Assembly: GCA_046482545.1 (NCBI GenBank)
Contig: JAWOEX010000023.1
Location: forward strand, 590-64,589
Origin: Candidatus Thorarchaeota archaeon
GTDB lineage: Archaea > Asgardarchaeota > Thorarchaeia > Thorarchaeales > Thorarchaeaceae
Reading direction: 5' to 3'
Length of the DNA stretch: 64,000 bases
Every line of letters starts with the position of its first letter. The first letter of the stretch is position 1. This document shows, in pieces, positions 59,788 to 64,000 of this stretch. Made by a program: the position numbers and the translations under genes. Below the pieces are notes generated by a model. It worked only from the letters and a program-made list of their open reading frames with translations. It was not told the DNA's origin and searched no databases.

Positions 59788-60948
59788 ATGAGCGACAGAG
59801 TAGCAATCGCAGGAGTAGGAATGTCCAAGTTTGGTGAGCTGTGGAACAAGAATCTGCGCGATATAACCCTAGAAGCCGGCATGGGAGCAATCGTAGATGC
59901 AGGTGTTGCAGGAGCAGACATTGAAGCAGTCACTATAGGAAACATGAGTGCAGGCAGATTCACCGGCCAAGAACACTTGGGTGCCTTGGCTGTTGATATG
60001 GGGGGTCTCGGCGACATACCCGCCTACAGTGTGGAAGCAGCGTGTGCAAGTGGGGGAGCTGCAATACGTCATGCCTACATGGCCATTAAATCTGGAGAAC
60101 ACGAGGTCATACTGGTTCTCGGATGTGAGAAGATGAGTGACGTTAACCAAACTGAAGCTATGAAAACTATTAGTGTTGCTTCAGATTGGGAATGGGAAGG
60201 CATGCTGGGGGCCACATTTCCAGCTCTTTATGCATTCATGGCAAGACGACATATGTTGGAATATGGAACCACAGACGAACAACTTAGCTTGGTCGCTGTA
60301 AAGAACCACAAGAATGCAGTTGACAATCCGTATGCTCAGTTCAGAAGAGAAATTCCGTTAGAGGTGGTTATGAACTCAGGATACCTCGCTGATCCAATAC
60401 GGTTGCTTCATTCTTCACCCATTACAGACGGAGCTGCAGGTGTAATAATGTGCACAGAAGAGAAAGCAAAGGAGTACACCGATACACCTGTTTACATTGA
60501 ATCATCAGCACAGGCTAGTGACACCCTCGCCCTGCATGAAAGAGATGACATAACTACGATGGGTGCTGTCGTGAAATCAGCATCAAAAGCGCTCAAACGT
60601 GCTGATTGCTCGATAGAAGATATCGATGTATTTGAATTACACGACAGTTTCACAATAAGCGAAATTATGTTGACTGAAGACGTCGGCATCGTTGACAAGG
60701 GAGAAGGCGGCAGTGCAGTAGAGGAGGGCTTAACCGAGATAAATGGCGAGTATCCTGTGAATCCCTCAGGTGGACTCAAGGCCCGGGGTCATCCAGTAGG
60801 AGCTACGGGCGTTGCCCAGGTGGTCGAACTGTATCATCAGGTGCTGGGAGAAGGTGGAAAACGGCAGATACCCGACGCCGAGAGAGGATTAGCTGTCAAT
60901 ACTGGCGGAACAGGTGCAACATCAATAGTGCACATAGTAGGAGTATGA
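59788..60948 (+). CDS. Acetyl-CoA C-acetyltransferase (archaeal thiolase)
   Basis: EAACASG, AVKNH, DGAA, ELHDSF, GHPVGATG. Confidence 0.95.
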   Translation: MSDRVAIAGVGMSKFGELWNKNLRDITLEAGMGAIVDAGVAGADIEAVTIGNMSAGRFTGQEHLGALAVDMGGLGDIPAYSVEAACASGGAAIRHAYMAIKSGEHEVILVLGCEKMSDVNQTEAMKTISVASDWEWEGMLGATFPALYAFMARRHMLEYGTTDEQLSLVAVKNHKNAVDNPYAQFRREIPLEVVMNSGYLADPIRLLHSSPITDGAAGVIMCTEEKAKEYTDTPVYIESSAQASDTLALHERDDITTMGAVVKSASKALKRADCSIEDIDVFELHDSFTISEIMLTEDVGIVDKGEGGSAVEEGLTEINGEYPVNPSGGLKARGHPVGATGVAQVVELYHQVLGEGGKRQIPDAERGLAVNTGGTGATSIVHIVGV

Positions 60949-60954
60949 TGGCAA

Positions 60955-61377
60955 ATGGCAGAACACGGAGTAGCAAAAGTTTGGCGTAAGCAACAGGAAA
61001 TATACAGAATCCAGGGGAATCACTGCAAAACATGTGACAAGTATTTCTTTCCACCTCGACCGATATGTCCGAGATGTAGAAGAAAGGGAAACCTAGAAAC
61101 TCACAAGTTCAAGGGCCTTGGCAAAATACACACCTTTTCTATAGTCAGGCAGGCCCCACAGGACTTCAAGAGACAGATACCCTATATCGTAGCTCAAGTT
61201 GAACTCGACGAGGGACCCCGGCTGACAACACAGATTGTTAACTGTAACATAGAATCAGTACATATTGGTATGGAGGTCCGGGCGTGTTTCCGGAAGATTA
61301 CTGAGTACGGACCAGGCGGTATCATCGTGTATGGCTACAAATTCGAGCCCACTATGCGGGTGACAGGGCACGAGTGA
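60955..61377 (+). CDS. DUF35 Zn-ribbon/OB-fold scaffold protein of the thiolase-HMGCS complex
   Basis: CKTC..YFFPPRPICPRC, PY.VA.VELDEG, YGYKF. Confidence 0.93.
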   Translation: MAEHGVAKVWRKQQEIYRIQGNHCKTCDKYFFPPRPICPRCRRKGNLETHKFKGLGKIHTFSIVRQAPQDFKRQIPYIVAQVELDEGPRLTTQIVNCNIESVHIGMEVRACFRKITEYGPGGIIVYGYKFEPTMRVTGHE

Positions 61378-61381
61378 GGCC

Positions 61382-62104
61382 TCATTCGGTTCCGCTCTCT
61401 CTTTTAATTATCATAGACAGCTTCAAGCCTGTGACCCCTTCTGCTGCGGGAAGGGCTACATTTCTGACGAGTGTGGGGCCAATTCTGGTCTCCTGTCTCG
61501 TTGCATCGTGAACATGTCCATGTATGACGAGATTTGGTTTTTCCGCTTCTATCATGCTATAGAATTTTTTGCTTCCAAAGGCACCGAATGAGCGGTCATT
61601 AGCACCCTGACAGGTCTCAAGACAAGGGGCATAGTGCATCAGCAGAATCCGATAATCAGTTTTTCTTGATAGCTTCTTGAGGAGGTGTTCGACACGTGAT
61701 GGTCTTCTACCAAAAACTCGCTTGATTCGTGGCAGGTTTTGTTTTTGCCATCTTGTAGGTTTATCAAGAGACCCCTGAGTACCTACGATACCGAATCGGA
61801 TGCCTTGTATCTCCAGGACTATGGATTGATCATCTAGGAACGAGATTCGGTCTCCAAAAATATCAGCAATCTCGTCTCTAACCTCTAAATATTCCTCGTT
61901 ACCAAAACAAGCTACTATCGGGAAATCATCATCAAAACGTTCCTTGATTGCATTCAAAACTACATCATACTGAGATATCCTCCCTCTGTCTATCATATCT
62001 CCTGCTAATAGAAAGAGGTCGGGTGCCTTCATCTCAGCTAGACTCTTTTCGAACATATGAAGATATCGTGGACAGTGAACGTCCGCTACTGCAAGTATTC
62101 TCAT
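61382..62104 (-). CDS. Calcineurin-like metallophosphoesterase
   Basis: ADVH, AGDMID, GNEE, MHYAP, HGHVH. Confidence 0.9.
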   Translation of the reverse strand: MRILAVADVHCPRYLHMFEKSLAEMKAPDLFLLAGDMIDRGRISQYDVVLNAIKERFDDDFPIVACFGNEEYLEVRDEIADIFGDRISFLDDQSIVLEIQGIRFGIVGTQGSLDKPTRWQKQNLPRIKRVFGRRPSRVEHLLKKLSRKTDYRILLMHYAPCLETCQGANDRSFGAFGSKKFYSMIEAEKPNLVIHGHVHDATRQETRIGPTLVRNVALPAAEGVTGLKLSMIIKRESGTE

Positions 62105-62192
62105 GTTCTCAACACATCTTGGAACTCTTGAAAGGGTGGAGAGACACAGATATTAAAGCTTCGAGGTAAACTACAGCGATAGTGAAAAGCTA

Positions 62193-63185
62193 ATGGCTGG
62201 TACTTGGGCGCTAAACCTCTTTGACAGGCTGCATCTTGGGCATGAGATTCTCCTAGAAAGGCTTTCACAAAAGCACGACCCAACTGCTGCAGTGACTACA
62301 GGTGAATTGATTGAGCACGGACTTGAACTCGCCTCCATTATTCAATCCACATCCTATCGAGTAAAGAAGGTGACTGAATTTCTGGAATCAATCGATTTGG
62401 TAGACAAGATAGAGGTAAAGGAAATCCACAGATATGCAGAATTTCTTGAGATTCCAGGCAAGACCAAGTTCATGATGTATATTGGACCTTGTTGCACTGA
62501 CCTCGAACAGCACGGAGTTGATCTTAGGAAAACACAATTGGGCATTAATGACGAAATTGAATATCTCAAACCTGTTCGAGCGGATGATGGCAAGAAGCTC
62601 TCTTCAGCAAGAATACGGAAAGGAAAAATAGATCCACAAGGGCACCGCCTGCGTGGAACCGAAGAACCACCAAGAAGATTGGATACTAGGACACGGAAAG
62701 GTCTCAAAACTCCTAAAGGAACAGTATACAATGAGAATGATTGCATACCTGAAAAAGAAGTAGCAGAACGAATTCAAAAAGAGGAACCACAATGTGTGGT
62801 TGCCGTTGGAGACGTTACAAGTGCTACCCTTATGAACGAAGACTGTATCCCTGATGTGTCCATCGTTGATGGTAAAACCAAACGAGGACCGTTCGGTGAT
62901 AGCTTCTCTGGAGAGAAGGAGTATCATGCGTACAACCCAGCTGGTATGCTTTATCCAGAGGCTTGGTCTGTAATAGATACAGCAATTCATGATAACAAGA
63001 AATCGATTGTTTTCATAGAAGGTGAGGAGGATCTCATGGGATTCCCTGCAGCTGTTCTGGCACCCCAAGGGTCTGTGATGCTGTACGGTCAACCTGATGT
63101 TGGAATCGTATGGGTCCCAATCACTGCAGAGAATGTCAAACTTGCCAAGCAATTTCTAAAGGCTATGCCAGAAATCAATGGTTAA
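62193..63185 (+). CDS. Fused phosphopantetheine adenylyltransferase-like domain and GTP-dependent dephospho-CoA kinase (DUF359)
   Basis: FDRLHLGH and DGKKLSSARIRKGKID (archaeal PPAT); VGDVTS, VDGKTKR, NPAG, GEEDL, YGQP (DUF359). Confidence 0.85.
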   Translation: MAGTWALNLFDRLHLGHEILLERLSQKHDPTAAVTTGELIEHGLELASIIQSTSYRVKKVTEFLESIDLVDKIEVKEIHRYAEFLEIPGKTKFMMYIGPCCTDLEQHGVDLRKTQLGINDEIEYLKPVRADDGKKLSSARIRKGKIDPQGHRLRGTEEPPRRLDTRTRKGLKTPKGTVYNENDCIPEKEVAERIQKEEPQCVVAVGDVTSATLMNEDCIPDVSIVDGKTKRGPFGDSFSGEKEYHAYNPAGMLYPEAWSVIDTAIHDNKKSIVFIEGEEDLMGFPAAVLAPQGSVMLYGQPDVGIVWVPITAENVKLAKQFLKAMPEING

Positions 63186-64000
63186 AAGAACGAATAGCCT
63201 GTGGAATCCGTTCTATACAATCAGTAGGAAGGATATGGTAACCGAAGTCATCAAAGGCCTTTTCGCCTGCAATTCCAGACACAAAAGCAGAGGCACATGC
63301 TGCAGTAAAGGCATTTCTCCGTCTTGCAAGAAAAGCAGCTGTAATCCCCGTCAACACATCTCCCGTTCCACCAACTGTCATGGCAGGAGTCCCGGTCTTA
63401 TTCAGTTTATATCGTCCTCCAGGCTCTGCCACAATGTCGATGTGACCTTTGAGGAGGATTACGGAGTTATATGAATCCGCAGCTTCTGTTGCATAGTTAA
63501 TTCTATTTGTCAAATCCTTTGAATTCCCAAGCTCCTTCTCAAGAAGAACACTCAGCTCGCCCCAGTGGGGAGTAAGCACCGACTCTTCTGAATTGAATGA
63601 AGTGAAAGTTCCAGCTATGCTCTTCAAGCCATCGGCATCAACAACGACCCTCTTCCCCATCTCAACAAGGGCTGCAAGTATCTCGCAAACGGCCCTAGAT
63701 GTTTCTTCTTGGAGACCAAGTCCTGGACCAATTGCTATCACATCACATTTCTCAGCAAGCTTGATAGCCCTCTCAAGGGAATCAGGGAGTAGCACATCTG
63801 TTCCCAAATTATGCACAATAAGGCTAGGATTATACGATCTAATCGCTGGCACAACAGGGTTGGGAGCCAGAATCTCAACCAAATCTGCACCAGTTCGAAG
63901 AGCGCTTAAACCACAAAGTGCTGGTGCCCCAGAAAAAACGTCGCTACCTCCTATTACCAGAATACGACCATAGTCACCCTTATGAGAGTGTGCGGGTCTG
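63175..64000 (-). CDS. nnrD: ADP-dependent NAD(P)H-hydrate dehydratase (partial, runs off the right edge)
   Basis: Manual extension to the edge gives SHKGDYGRILVIGGS..FSGAP. Also IGPGLG, VDADGL, LTPHWGE, GGTGDVL. Confidence 0.93.
   Translation of the reverse strand, partial: RPAHSHKGDYGRILVIGGSDVFSGAPALCGLSALRTGADLVEILAPNPVVPAIRSYNPSLIVHNLGTDVLLPDSLERAIKLAEKCDVIAIGPGLGLQEETSRAVCEILAALVEMGKRVVVDADGLKSIAGTFTSFNSEESVLTPHWGELSVLLEKELGNSKDLTNRINYATEAADSYNSVILLKGHIDIVAEPGGRYKLNKTGTPAMTVGGTGDVLTGITAAFLARRRNAFTAACASAFVSGIAGEKAFDDFGYHILPTDCIERIPQAIRSFNH

Noticed and set aside
58732-61377. HMGCS-thiolase-DUF35 cluster as a novel system
   Set aside because: Well-described archaeal complex.

Overview
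Gene-dense chromosomal segment of an archaeon. Markers: rpS17e, group II chaperonin, ATP-dependent DNA ligase, PurP pair, HMG-CoA synthase/thiolase/DUF35 trio, geranylgeranyl reductase. The gene content, with several bacterial-like genes, is compatible with an Asgard lineage such as Thorarchaeia, but that assignment is an inference. Main blocks: a secreted two-HKD phospholipase D (left edge); a uvrB-uvrA-uvrA-uvrC operon with two full-length tandem UvrA paralogs; metG preceded by a hairpin-rich 1 kb region that hides an unannotated 46-aa ORF; lig-queD-folE2; a 10-gene purine operon with PurC-PurS and PurE-PurM fusions; a 2-oxoacid:ferredoxin oxidoreductase; a thermosome with a 20-bp direct repeat in its promoter; trxB; a degenerate HerA/FtsK-like protein; mevalonate-entry genes; a PPAT/dephospho-CoA kinase fusion; and nnrD (right edge). 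I found no tRNA, rRNA, CRISPR array, integrase or transposase. Best candidates for undescribed biology: a possible heterodimeric UvrA, a fusion-wired purine metabolon, and structured RNA/small-ORF elements upstream of metG and HMG-CoA synthase.
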